From Marinilabiliaceae bacterium (GTDB lineage Bacteria; Bacteroidota; Bacteroidia; Bacteroidales; VadinHA17), in the NCBI GenBank assembly GCA_036350795.1, contig JAZBNV010000138.1, positions 4,362 to 68,361 on the forward strand: a stretch of 64,000 nucleotides of DNA, read 5' to 3'. The position numbers were made by a program, and so were the translations under genes. Of the stretch, positions 1 to 9,458 are shown one piece after another (the first letter of the stretch is position 1; every line of letters starts with the position of its first letter). Under the pieces are notes generated by a model that searched no databases, was not told where the DNA came from, and was given only the letters and a program-made list of their open reading frames with translations.

Positions 1-168
1 ACTGCCTGTCCCGGCAAAGAGGTCGAGTACATTTTTATCTTCAAAGTCGTAACGAACCGATAAAATATTAAATAGACCCTCCCTGGCAAAATCAGTTGTT
101 GGCCTTGCGCGGAAATCAGACGGAGGTGTGAACCTGCGGCCTTTGTATTTACCGCTTATTATACGCAA
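1..168 (-). CDS. rsmD: 16S rRNA (guanine966-N2)-methyltransferase RsmD, N-terminal fragment; the gene continues past the window edge
   Basis: Not in the ORF track because it runs off the edge. Minus-strand translation from TTG at 168..166 gives (M)RIISGKYKGRRFTPPSDFRARPTTDFAREGLFNILSVRYDFEDKNVLDLFAGTGS. This is the typical RsmD N-terminus running into the DLFAGTG SAM-binding motif. The start overlaps the stop (159-161) of the upstream ORF. Confidence 0.75.
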   Translation of the reverse strand, partial: MRIISGKYKGRRFTPPSDFRARPTTDFAREGLFNILSVRYDFEDKNVLDLFAGTGS

Positions 169-1001
169 TTTACTATATTAAAAAGGTTGGAGTAGCGGTG
201 GAGGCTCAGTGGATCAAAAACATATGAAAGCGAAAAGCTTCCTTCGGGCTTCAGAAATTTAATATTTGCTGCGTAGGCTGAAAGATTTGTATGAAGCTCA
301 TCACCATAATCGACCTCTCCGCTTATATATAAAGGCTCCTTTGATGAAATTCCGAGTTTCTCAAAAGTAAACATCATGTAATATAGGATATCTGAAGCAT
401 TCCTGTACCTGAAAGTATTAAAAAACTCCAGCCTGCCACTTTCAATAACAACAAGGTTAAAGAAGGTATCTTCAATATTTACCTGGATATGCCGGGCAGT
501 ATTTCCTGCAGAAGTCCTGAATGCAGAGTAAAGAAGGGGCTTGATATGATGCGACTGCGATGCATCCGGAAATGCTTTAACGAGCAAGGCCTGGAGATCC
601 TGCCTGAGATCAAAAAGAATGTAGGAGTCGGGGTTATCGAGCCTGTTGTTGGCAACAAGGTAGCCTTCCTCAAGATTATGATTGAGAGTAAAATAATTGT
701 CCTTTACCGCAGGGTCGAACAAGCCGGATGGCACCAGGGTGTTACGTTCAAAAACATAGATAAGCCTGTAGGCATGGTATTGCCTCCCTAAAAAATCATC
801 CTTGAAAATAATCTCCTCAACCTGGGTGGCCAGTTCATTCTCTCTCCCGCTTAGCCTGTACTCCCTCATCATAACAAATTTATTACGAAGAGTATCAAGG
901 AGGGAAAAAGAAAATCCATTCAGGCTGACCTGAATGGATATTTCGTAATTATTTGTAGAATTTATATCCAGTGTTTCGTCAAACAGTTCCTTCTCATACA
1001 T
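159..1001 (-). CDS. Conserved Bacteroidota hypothetical protein, probably the DUF3822 family (family name recalled, not searched)
   Basis: 280-aa ORF with no signal peptide. It sits directly upstream of rsmD and overlaps its start, an arrangement I recall for DUF3822. Confidence 0.6.
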   Translation of the reverse strand: MYEKELFDETLDINSTNNYEISIQVSLNGFSFSLLDTLRNKFVMMREYRLSGRENELATQVEEIIFKDDFLGRQYHAYRLIYVFERNTLVPSGLFDPAVKDNYFTLNHNLEEGYLVANNRLDNPDSYILFDLRQDLQALLVKAFPDASQSHHIKPLLYSAFRTSAGNTARHIQVNIEDTFFNLVVIESGRLEFFNTFRYRNASDILYYMMFTFEKLGISSKEPLYISGEVDYGDELHTNLSAYAANIKFLKPEGSFSLSYVFDPLSLHRYSNLFNIVNCV

Positions 1002-1020
1002 ATTATAAGAATACTACTGT

Positions 1021-1698
1021 TTAATTTTCCCAGTTACCGGCGTTGTTATTTGGCTCAGAGATGTTTCCGACTCTCATACCCGGGAAGCCTGTAATTCTTT
1101 CCCTGAGAGCGTTATAGTTAATAATAAGCTGCCTGTCAAGACCGGCAAGGAAAATATCATTAAGTACTGAAGCTTCAAATACTTCAACCATAACCATTGA
1201 TCCGGTTTGAATCCTGGCAGCAGCCATTTCAAATTCGGTATTACCGCAGAAAGGCACATACCTCAGAGAATCAACCCTGAATCCCGGATCAAAGATTGAA
1301 TCACCAACAGCCGTATAGGAGGTGTCCCTCACAATCAGTCCCCGCTTGAGTGCTTCCCTTTCGGCTCTGCGGCCCCATTCCTCAAGCATTTCATCTGTAA
1401 TTGATCCTTCCTTGTATATAAGGGGGAAAGAGTCTGTAACAACAAAATTGATGAGTGTGTCAAAGCTTCCTGTATATCTTCCGTACTTTGATTTGTATGC
1501 TACCTGGGCAGTTCTTATATCAATAAGTCTCTCTTTGATAGCATCCTCCCTGAGGTCTCTTTCTTTATTGAAACGGATAGGATTCATAATACTGTCAACC
1601 AGTAAATAACCAAGGACCAGGATCGCTGCAACCAGTAAAATTCTTACAATGGTATTCATTTCTTTATTGTTGTTAATTAAGTATTTTTGTGTACGCAT
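1021..1698 (-). CDS. Membrane-anchored hypothetical protein
   Basis: 225-aa ORF. Its single N-terminal hydrophobic helix is IVRILLVAAILVLGYLLV. An alternative ATG (M14) at 1659 is equally plausible. It lies 19 nt upstream of the DUF3822-like gene. Confidence 0.6.
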   Translation of the reverse strand: MRTQKYLINNNKEMNTIVRILLVAAILVLGYLLVDSIMNPIRFNKERDLREDAIKERLIDIRTAQVAYKSKYGRYTGSFDTLINFVVTDSFPLIYKEGSITDEMLEEWGRRAEREALKRGLIVRDTSYTAVGDSIFDPGFRVDSLRYVPFCGNTEFEMAAARIQTGSMVMVEVFEASVLNDIFLAGLDRQLIINYNALRERITGFPGMRVGNISEPNNNAGNWEN

Positions 1699-1753
1699 GC
1701 AAAATTAAAAAAATAAATTGAATACCAAATCTATACACCTCTTTTTGAGTTAA

Positions 1754-3166
1754 ATGTTAAAAAGTCACATAGAGAGCATTCTTGTTGATAATCTGGGACA
1801 TACACCGACAGCTGATCAGAGTGAAGCAATATCAGGCCTGTCTGCATATGTTTTAGAAAATAATAATGATAATATTTTTGTACTTACGGGTTATGCCGGT
1901 ACCGGTAAAACCACCCTGATAAAGGCTCTTGTCAGAACCCTTGAGAGCTTCAGGTTCAGGTCTGTATTACTCGCTCCTACCGGTCGTGCCGCAAAGGTGC
2001 TCGCTTCATATTCGGGTAAGGAGGCTTTTACGATACACAAGCATATCTACAGGCAGCGAGGCTCAAAAGACGGGATGGGCAGGTTTGAGCTTGACCGGAA
2101 CCTGCTAAAGGAAGCTTTTTTTATTGTCGACGAATCGTCGATGATATCAAATAACAGCAGCGAACAATCTGTTTTTGGCAGTGGAAGGTTGCTTGACGAC
2201 CTTGTAGAGTTTGTGTACAGCGGAAGGGATTGTAAGTTAATACTCGTAGGGGATACCGCACAACTACCCCCTGTTGGTTCAGACATATCACCCGCGCTCG
2301 ATGCTTCAGTGCTGGGGTCTTATGGTTTTGGTGTTCAGAATGCCATACTCAGGAAAGTTGTTCGCCAGGCCGAGGAGTCGGGAATTCTTATGAATGCTAC
2401 CGGGATCAGGATGATGGTGGAGGAGGGGAGCCCTGATCTGCCTAAGTTCAGGCTGGAAGGATTCTCTGATATTAAAAGGATTAGCGGAGAGTTCCTGCTT
2501 GAAGAGCTTGAGTCGTCGTATTCCTTTGCCGGATCCGACGGGACAATTGTTGTTGTTAACTCAAACAGGCTGGCAAATAAATATAACCAGGGAATCAGGA
2601 ACAGGATTTTATACCGCGAGGAAGATATAAGCTCAGGCGACAGGGTGATGATAGTAAAAAACAACTATTACTGGACCGAAGATGATGAAAACATTGATTT
2701 TATTGCCAACGGGGATATTGCTGTAATAAAGAAAATAGTCTCAAGGGAAGAGAGGTATGGCTATAAGTATGCAGATATGATACTTGAATTCGGTGATTAT
2801 AATACTGAACTCGAAGTAAAGGTTATTCTTGATACCCTGTGGACGGATAAGGCCTCACTGGGATATGATGAAAACAGGGAGCTCTTTCAGAATGTACAGG
2901 CAGATTATATTCATCTTAAAACCCGGAAGAAGCAGTATGATGCCGTAAAGAAGGACCCCTTTTTCAATGCAATGCAGATTAAGTTTGCCTACGCGGTAAC
3001 CTGCCATAAAGCCCAGGGCGGGCAGTGGGAAAGGGTTTTTTTTGACCAGGGAATGTTTAATGCACAGGAACCTACCATCGATTACCTGCGATGGTTGTAT
3101 ACCGCTGTTACCAGGTCGACCGATAAACTCTACCTGGTAAACTACTCCGGGAAGTTTTTTGACTGA
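1754..3166 (+). CDS. SF1B (RecD/Pif1/Dda-like) ATP-dependent DNA helicase
   Basis: Walker A is GYAGTGKTT and Walker B-like is FIVDESSMIS. LVGDTAQLPPV is motif III. The C-terminal AVTCHKAQGGQWERVF is a UvrD_C_2-type motif. Confidence 0.85.
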   Translation: MLKSHIESILVDNLGHTPTADQSEAISGLSAYVLENNNDNIFVLTGYAGTGKTTLIKALVRTLESFRFRSVLLAPTGRAAKVLASYSGKEAFTIHKHIYRQRGSKDGMGRFELDRNLLKEAFFIVDESSMISNNSSEQSVFGSGRLLDDLVEFVYSGRDCKLILVGDTAQLPPVGSDISPALDASVLGSYGFGVQNAILRKVVRQAEESGILMNATGIRMMVEEGSPDLPKFRLEGFSDIKRISGEFLLEELESSYSFAGSDGTIVVVNSNRLANKYNQGIRNRILYREEDISSGDRVMIVKNNYYWTEDDENIDFIANGDIAVIKKIVSREERYGYKYADMILEFGDYNTELEVKVILDTLWTDKASLGYDENRELFQNVQADYIHLKTRKKQYDAVKKDPFFNAMQIKFAYAVTCHKAQGGQWERVFFDQGMFNAQEPTIDYLRWLYTAVTRSTDKLYLVNYSGKFFD

Positions 3167-3331
3167 GGTCATTATGATTTTTAGCTATAAATGCACTTAA
3201 CATCACGGCTGTAGCATTCCTGTTCTGAAAATACTCCCCTGTCAAAAATTCGGAAGATATTATTAATCAGTTGATTATTTTTACTATATTAGGGATATGA
3301 TTGGTGTTGTTGTTTCACTATTTCCCGGCCT

Positions 3332-4081
3332 ATGAAGAAAGATATACTCTTTGCTATCCCACTTTTTCTCGCATTTAATCTTTGTATTTCGGCACAGGAT
3401 TTTTCAATAAATAATACCAGGGTTGAATACGATGGTAATAAATTGTCAATATCATATAATCTAAGCAGCAGAAAAAAGTCAGATAAGTTTTTTGTCCTGC
3501 CTAGAATTATAAAGAATGATGGCACTCCCGTAAGAGCAAGATCATTTTCTGGTGATGTTGGTGCAAATATAAGCCCGGGGAATAAGCTCAGTATTTCATG
3601 GGTGCCGGAGGATGATGCTGTATTTCTGAATGATACAGTGTCTGTTGAGCTTAATGCTGAGAAATATGAAATGTCGTTTAAGCGTGGCGGAGTGGTAATG
3701 AGTTCACTGTTTCTACCCGGGCTCGGTCAGACTAAAATCACAAATGGCTCACCCTGGTGGCTGGCTGGCATCGCTGCCTACGGTACACTTGGTGGAGGAT
3801 TTGTTTTCAATAGTAAATATAAGGAAAGCTATAATGCTTATCTTATTGAGACGGATCCAGTTGAAAGATCAGACCTGTTTAACCAGTCGCAGGATGACAA
3901 ACAGCTATCCCGGATACTATTTATCTCAGCAGGTGCCCTGTGGGCAGGCAATATGATATGGGCAGCTGCAGCACCAAATGAGTACAGGGAGCTTAAACTA
4001 CCTGAGCTGTCGGTATATGCATCGCCTGCCTATGGCAGCAGGGGCATAATTGCCATGCTTTCCTTAACTTATGACTTTTAA
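3332..4081 (+). CDS. Exported membrane protein: N-terminal beta-rich domain plus a PGLGQ two-helix hairpin (DUF5683-like, recalled)
   Basis: Signal peptide is MKKDILFAIPLFLAFNLCISAQ. The motif LPGLGQ is followed by two hydrophobic helices (WWLAGIAAYGTLGGGFVF and ILFISAGALWAGNMIWAAAA). The C-terminus ends in ...LSLTYDF. Confidence 0.65.
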   Translation: MKKDILFAIPLFLAFNLCISAQDFSINNTRVEYDGNKLSISYNLSSRKKSDKFFVLPRIIKNDGTPVRARSFSGDVGANISPGNKLSISWVPEDDAVFLNDTVSVELNAEKYEMSFKRGGVVMSSLFLPGLGQTKITNGSPWWLAGIAAYGTLGGGFVFNSKYKESYNAYLIETDPVERSDLFNQSQDDKQLSRILFISAGALWAGNMIWAAAAPNEYRELKLPELSVYASPAYGSRGIIAMLSLTYDF

Positions 4082-4973
4082 TGATAAGATGATGAAAACC
4101 AGGATATTATTTCTGACACTGTTTATAATTCAGAGCACTCTGTCGATGTCGCAGATTGTAAGCGGTGAGAAAATAAAAGTATACATCAATAACAGGCCAA
4201 AGATTAACCTGGATATTGATGAGAACAGGTATTCTTCACAGCAGGGACCGGGCTTATTGCCTGAGACACCAGGCAGGTATTATGCACTGATAATCGGGAT
4301 TAATGACTATGATGACCCGCAGATAACTGATCTGGATAAACCTGTAAGGGATGCCGAATTGTTCTATAGCGCTATTACCAGCAAGTATTCTTTCGATCCG
4401 CAAAATGTAAGATTGTTAAGAGATGCAACAATGGCCCAGATAGTTGAAGCACTCGATTATTTTGCTGATATAGTAAAGGCTACTGACAACTTCCTTATAT
4501 TTTATGCCGGGCATGGCATCTGGGACGCTAAGGCTGAAATAGGATTCTGGCTTCCTTCCGACGCTAATAAAGACAGCAAGCTGGCATGGTTCAGGAACAG
4601 TACCCTGCGTGATTATCTGAAGGAGATTAAATCGAAACATACCCTGCTGATAAGTGATGCATGCTTTGCCGGTTCCATTTTCAAAACCAGGGGTGCTTTA
4701 ATGGATGCATCGAATGCTATAAATAAACTGTATGACCTTCCGAGCAGGAAAGCAATGACCAGTGGTATAATGACAGAAGTACCCGATGAAAGTGCCTTTC
4801 TTAGATTTATGGTTAAGAGGCTTATTGAGAATAACGAGAAGTATCTAAGCTCCGGACAGTTATTCAGCAGTTTCGAGATAGCAGTTTCCAACAACAGCAA
4901 TTCAGTGCCGAAATTCGGCGTAATACAGGATGTTGGGGACGAAGGCGGTGATTTTATTTTTATTCTGAGATAG
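4071..4973 (+). CDS. Caspase-family (peptidase C14, orthocaspase-like) protein with an N-terminal signal peptide
   Basis: YALIIGINDY begins the p20-like fold. The His-Cys dyad lies in the contexts FYAGHG (H148) and LISDACFAG (C198). The hydrophobic N-terminus is MMKTRILFLTLFIIQSTLSMSQ. An ATG at 4071 would overlap the upstream stop by 11 nt, and alternative ATGs lie at 4089 and 4092. Confidence 0.85.
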   Translation: MTFNDKMMKTRILFLTLFIIQSTLSMSQIVSGEKIKVYINNRPKINLDIDENRYSSQQGPGLLPETPGRYYALIIGINDYDDPQITDLDKPVRDAELFYSAITSKYSFDPQNVRLLRDATMAQIVEALDYFADIVKATDNFLIFYAGHGIWDAKAEIGFWLPSDANKDSKLAWFRNSTLRDYLKEIKSKHTLLISDACFAGSIFKTRGALMDASNAINKLYDLPSRKAMTSGIMTEVPDESAFLRFMVKRLIENNEKYLSSGQLFSSFEIAVSNNSNSVPKFGVIQDVGDEGGDFIFILR

Positions 4974-4981
4974 CAGAAATA

Positions 4982-6508
4982 TTGGAGATTAAATATTTGC
5001 CATATATAAAGTGTAAGAAGGTGTTTTTCGGATTGCATCAAAAGTTAAATAATTCAGCTTGTAAGTGTCTTACTCTGATTCTGGTCCTGGTTTTTTTGAT
5101 TAATACAGATTCATTATATGCATCAAAAAAGGAAAGATTATTACTGACAATCACTATTTATGGTGTATACGATAGCAATATTAAGTTGCTTCCTCTTTCA
5201 GGTTATGAGGCATTAAAACCTATAGTAAGTATAGATGGCATTAAGAATGGAGATACAGCAAAGATTGAAATTGCAGGTGAGAACCTTCCGGGTGAGTTTG
5301 TTCTTAGGTTAGACTACAGGATTACGGAAAAGGATGAGCCATATCCATCTGAAAAGTTGATTATTATTGGCGATCAGGATCTTCAGCTTCATATTCATCC
5401 TTTATACAGTAATGATGCTGACAGTACCTGGTTCCAGGAGGGAGAGAAGGAAAACTCTGTTTACTCCGTTTTTTTGCTGGAAAACAGTGAGAGAAAAAGG
5501 ATGCTGGGGCTTTTGCAGAGCTTCCTGCTAAATTATGACAATACAGGGTCTGAATTTTACCAGTCCGGGATTGCTGAATACGAAAAGAGAAGGAGTGAAT
5601 ATAACAGCTGGCTGAATAAGGAATCAAAAAAAAACAGGAAACTATTTGCCGGCAGCTTATTCGGTTTTGAATATATTCCGCAGGTAAACTGGTCAGGAAC
5701 GGAAGAGGAGCGGAAAAAGAGCTTAAGGGATAACTACTTTGAAGGAATGGATTTTGATGATCCACTTCTTTTAAAAACTTCCAACCTTAAGAAGTGGATG
5801 GACGGCTATGTGAACCTATATGGGGAAGAGGCAAGCAGCATTGAGATAAGGGATTCATTGTTCACACTGGCCGGAAAAACTGCAATAGAAGCCTCCCGAA
5901 AGGGCGATCCCCGGGTTTATGGCTGGATGGTAGATTACTTTTTTAATGGTTATGAATCTTTCAATATAACTGAAGGAGTAGCAATGCTGGAGACATATAT
6001 TAATGATCCAAATTGTATGTCAGAAAAGACAGACGATATAAGATTAAGGATTGAGGGTCTTAAAACACTGACTGCTGGTGTGATGGCCCCCGATTTCACT
6101 CTTAGAACTTTTGACGACCGACAGTTTAACCTATATACTAGTGATTTGCCGGGTAAATATACTTTGCTTCTGTTCTGGTCAGCTGATTGTGGTCACTGTA
6201 GTGAAATTATCAGTAGCCTGAATGCCTGGTACAGCACTAACTCAAGCCGGGCATTGATTGATATTGTGACAATCAGCCTTGACGAAACAGATAGAGAGCT
6301 GGCTAAATGGAAAGAGAGTATCAGTAAATTACCCGAATGGACCCATTTACGCACTGAAGAGGGGATGCGAAGCAAGGTTGTAAACGATTACTACCTGGTA
6401 GGTATCCCTGTAATGATACTTATTGATTCTGAGACTAAAGAGGTGCTTGACCTTCCTGGTACCATTGATCAGCTCAGGATATACCTTGCCGGACGACTTA
6501 GAGAGTAA
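4982..6508 (+). CDS. TlpA/AhpC-TSA-like thiol-disulfide oxidoreductase with a roughly 370-aa N-terminal extension
   Basis: The C-terminal thioredoxin fold carries APDFTL...LLLFWSADCGHC (a CxxC motif). A hydrophobic N-terminal segment is CLTLILVLVFLI. There is no in-frame ATG near the 5' end, so the start must be TTG (4982) or GTG (5021). Confidence 0.8.
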   Translation: MEIKYLPYIKCKKVFFGLHQKLNNSACKCLTLILVLVFLINTDSLYASKKERLLLTITIYGVYDSNIKLLPLSGYEALKPIVSIDGIKNGDTAKIEIAGENLPGEFVLRLDYRITEKDEPYPSEKLIIIGDQDLQLHIHPLYSNDADSTWFQEGEKENSVYSVFLLENSERKRMLGLLQSFLLNYDNTGSEFYQSGIAEYEKRRSEYNSWLNKESKKNRKLFAGSLFGFEYIPQVNWSGTEEERKKSLRDNYFEGMDFDDPLLLKTSNLKKWMDGYVNLYGEEASSIEIRDSLFTLAGKTAIEASRKGDPRVYGWMVDYFFNGYESFNITEGVAMLETYINDPNCMSEKTDDIRLRIEGLKTLTAGVMAPDFTLRTFDDRQFNLYTSDLPGKYTLLLFWSADCGHCSEIISSLNAWYSTNSSRALIDIVTISLDETDRELAKWKESISKLPEWTHLRTEEGMRSKVVNDYYLVGIPVMILIDSETKEVLDLPGTIDQLRIYLAGRLRE

Positions 6509-6523
6509 TAAAAACTTGCTATT

Positions 6524-8980
6524 ATGAGCCACAGGATTGTATTTAAAGTACTTGCAATTATTTGCATGTTGTGTCTTGCAACATGTACAAAAGATGAGCG
6601 ACAGATGCTGGTAAAGACCGGCAGCCTTTCTAATATACTTACCACCTCGGCCTATGCCTCAGGAGAGATACTCGACCTGGGTGAGGGAGTGTCGCAGCAC
6701 GGACATTGCTGGTCAACATCTCCAAACACATCTATTGATGACGCAAAAAGTACTCTGGGTGTACCACCGGGAATCGGGGGATTTACCAGTGAGCTTGCAG
6801 GATTGCAACCCGGTACCACTTATTTTGTTAAGGCATACTGCAGCAGAGGTAGCACCACGGTTTATGGCAACGAAATAAACTTTACGACAGCTTCTGCAGA
6901 TTTAGCTGAGCTTACAACAAGCGAAATCAGCGGTATTACTAAAACAGCTGCAGTTTCAGGCGGTAATATAACAAACCAGGGTGGAACCCCGGTTACTGCA
7001 AGGGGCGTTTGCTGGAGTACGGCATCAAATCCGACGGTTGATGGCAGCAAAACAACAAACGGCAATGGAACAGGTACCTTTGTAAGTAATATTAGCTCTT
7101 TGACTGCAGGTACAACATACTATTTAAAGGCATATGCCATAAACGCAGGTGGTATTGCTTATGGTAACGAGTTAAGTTTTACAACAGACTCTGATACTCC
7201 TGTACCACCAACTGTCACTACTGCAGGTGTAACATCGGTTAACACAAATTCCGCATCCTGTGGAGGAGAAGTAACGGATGAAGGCTCAGAATCTGTAACT
7301 GCAAGGGGCGTGTGCTGGAGCAAGTCTCCAAATCCCACAATCGCAAATAATACAACAAATGACGGTTCAGGCGCGGGAGCTTTTACAAGTTCAATTACGG
7401 GACTTGATCCAGGAACAAAATACTACGTAAGGGCTTATGCGACAAGCAGTGCCGGAACCTCCTATGGTAACGAGGATGACTTTACTACGTCAGCAGTCCT
7501 GCCTGAGCTTAGCACCCTTGATATAAATTCGATAACTTTCAATTCTGCAAAAAGCGGGGGTAATATTACATCGAATGGTGGTGCAGATATTACTGCCCGG
7601 GGAGTATGCTGGAATACATCTCCTCAACCAACAATCGCAAATAGTAAAACGTCTGAAGGAACCGGTGCAGGAAGCTTTGAGAGTACTATTTCAGGTCTTG
7701 AGCCCGGTACACCTTATTATGTCAGGGCCTATGCCACAAATAGTGTTGGTACAGCATATGGCAATGAGCTGGATTTTTTGACAAATGATTCACCCCCGAC
7801 TGCAGTTGCAACAGCTGCAACATCAGTATCAAATATCTCGGCTACTTTAAACGGATCAGTTAATGCATTTGGAAATAGTACTGCCGTCGAATTTGAGTAT
7901 GGACTATCAACACTTTACGGCTCCGTGGTCACTGCAAGCCCCGCAACGGTTAGCGGCTCATCTGCTACGCCGGTTACTGCAGTTTTATCAGGACTGTCAG
8001 CTGGTACTACTTATCATTTCAGGATTAAAGCAGTTAATTCAGGAGGCACTTCATATAGTAATGATGTTAGTTTGCCAACCACACAGGTACCTTCGGCAAC
8101 CACCGGATCGGCTACATCGGTAGCAATTGAAACTGCCACAATCAATGGAACAGCTAATGCCGCCGGTCTTACTACGAATGTCTCCTTCGAATATGGACCT
8201 ACAGCTGCTTATGGTTCAACAATACAGGCATCTCCTAATCCGGTGTCAGGAACTTCCAATACAAGTGTCAGTGCCCAGCTGAGTAATCTTAGTGCCGGGA
8301 CCATATATCATTACAGATTAAAGGTTACGAGTGCTGGTGGTACTGACTATGGCGAAGACAGGACATTTGAAACTGAATTATGCCCCTCGTCTCTGTCGGT
8401 AACTCATAGTTACGGTGATGTTGCTCCCGCAACCAGGTCTCTGACTTATGAGGTGATTGAATCAAGTATTTCTGGCGAACCGAAATGCTGGATTGCTAGA
8501 AACCTGGGAGCAAGTAACCAGGCTACATCATCAACAGATAACACTGAAGCGGCTGGTGGATGGTACTGGCAGTTTAATAAGAAACAGGGATACCGACACA
8601 ATGGAACAGCATATTTCCCGGCAGTAACCTGGATTACTTCAATAGATGAAAGCAGCAACTGGGAGGCAGTAAATTATCCCTGTGCCCTTCTTCTGGGAAC
8701 CGGATGGAGAATTCCAACCGGTACGGAATGGTTCAATGTATATTATGGATTGGGGTGGTCGAGCAGGGAAGATGCCTACAATTCAGTACTTGTATTGCAT
8801 CCTGCAGGTAGTTTGAGCTATTTGGACGGATCCCTTCTGAACCGGGGATGGGTAGGTAACTATTATAGCAGTACACAGACGAGTAATACAACAGCCACGG
8901 CCCTGAATATTTATACAAGTGTCAGTACTTATATGGCCGGAAAAGCAGGTGCTTGTACTTTGAGATGTATAAAAGACTAA
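6524..8980 (+). CDS. Surface lipoprotein: six tandem roughly 95-aa Ig/FN3-like repeats plus a C-terminal Fibrobacter-succinogenes-major-paralogous (FISUMP, TIGR02145-like) domain
   Basis: The lipobox is CLATC (Cys21). Four repeats have the form ...ARGVCWSxxPNPTI...GTxYYVRAYATNxxGTxYGNE.xFTT. Two more have the form ATLNGxxNAxG...VxFEYG...AGTxYHxRxK. The C-terminus CWIARNLGA...GWYWQFN...GWRIPTGTEW...AG matches my memory of the FISUMP domain. Confidence 0.8.
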   Translation: MSHRIVFKVLAIICMLCLATCTKDERQMLVKTGSLSNILTTSAYASGEILDLGEGVSQHGHCWSTSPNTSIDDAKSTLGVPPGIGGFTSELAGLQPGTTYFVKAYCSRGSTTVYGNEINFTTASADLAELTTSEISGITKTAAVSGGNITNQGGTPVTARGVCWSTASNPTVDGSKTTNGNGTGTFVSNISSLTAGTTYYLKAYAINAGGIAYGNELSFTTDSDTPVPPTVTTAGVTSVNTNSASCGGEVTDEGSESVTARGVCWSKSPNPTIANNTTNDGSGAGAFTSSITGLDPGTKYYVRAYATSSAGTSYGNEDDFTTSAVLPELSTLDINSITFNSAKSGGNITSNGGADITARGVCWNTSPQPTIANSKTSEGTGAGSFESTISGLEPGTPYYVRAYATNSVGTAYGNELDFLTNDSPPTAVATAATSVSNISATLNGSVNAFGNSTAVEFEYGLSTLYGSVVTASPATVSGSSATPVTAVLSGLSAGTTYHFRIKAVNSGGTSYSNDVSLPTTQVPSATTGSATSVAIETATINGTANAAGLTTNVSFEYGPTAAYGSTIQASPNPVSGTSNTSVSAQLSNLSAGTIYHYRLKVTSAGGTDYGEDRTFETELCPSSLSVTHSYGDVAPATRSLTYEVIESSISGEPKCWIARNLGASNQATSSTDNTEAAGGWYWQFNKKQGYRHNGTAYFPAVTWITSIDESSNWEAVNYPCALLLGTGWRIPTGTEWFNVYYGLGWSSREDAYNSVLVLHPAGSLSYLDGSLLNRGWVGNYYSSTQTSNTTATALNIYTSVSTYMAGKAGACTLRCIKD
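6614..8374 (+). repeat. Tandem domain repeats inside the lipoprotein gene (4 + 2 units of about 285 nt)
   Basis: Repeat units are read from the translated protein. The units are diverged at the nucleotide level and the boundaries are approximate. Confidence 0.7.
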
Positions 8981-9012
8981 TCAGACATATTTGCATTGCA
9001 TAAAAGATAAAT

Positions 9013-9429
9013 ATGAAATCATACAAAAAAGAACTCTGGTTTGAAACCAGCAGGAGGAGAGAACTTGTCAATATTACAAGAGAGGTTGAAGTTTGCCTGG
9101 CGGAGAGCGGTATACAGGAAGGCCTGCTATTGTGCAATGCGATGCATATTACCAGCAGCGTATTTATAAATGATGATGAAGCCGGTTTGCATCACGATTA
9201 TGAAGTATGGCTCGAAAAACTGGCGCCCGAGAAACCTCACTCCCAGTACCGGCACAATGGATTCGAGGATAATGCTGATGCCCATATGAAAAGGCAGATA
9301 ATGGGCAGGGAGGTGGTTGTTGCAGTTACCGAAGGCAGACTCGACTTCGGCCCCTGGGAGCAAATATTCTATGGTGAGTTTGACGGGAATAGACGCAAGA
9401 GGGTGCTGGTAAAGATAATCGGTGAATAA
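9013..9429 (+). CDS. yjbQ: YjbQ/UPF0047 family protein (secondary thiamine-phosphate synthase-like)
   Basis: 138 aa. The segments ...[35 protein letters not shown]...[15 protein letters not shown]...[18 protein letters not shown] are typical of the family. Confidence 0.85.
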   Translation: MKSYKKELWFETSRRRELVNITREVEVCLAESGIQEGLLLCNAMHITSSVFINDDEAGLHHDYEVWLEKLAPEKPHSQYRHNGFEDNADAHMKRQIMGREVVVAVTEGRLDFGPWEQIFYGEFDGNRRKRVLVKIIGE

Positions 9430-9458
9430 TTGAATACCGTCCCGAGGGGCTATCGGGA

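Noticed and set aside
3332-4973. A bacterial gasdermin plus caspase-like protease cell-death operon.
   Set aside because: The 249-aa neighbour has a signal peptide and two TM helices with a PGLGQ motif, not the soluble gasdermin architecture. The protease itself carries an export signal and has no NACHT, TPR or WD sensor domain.
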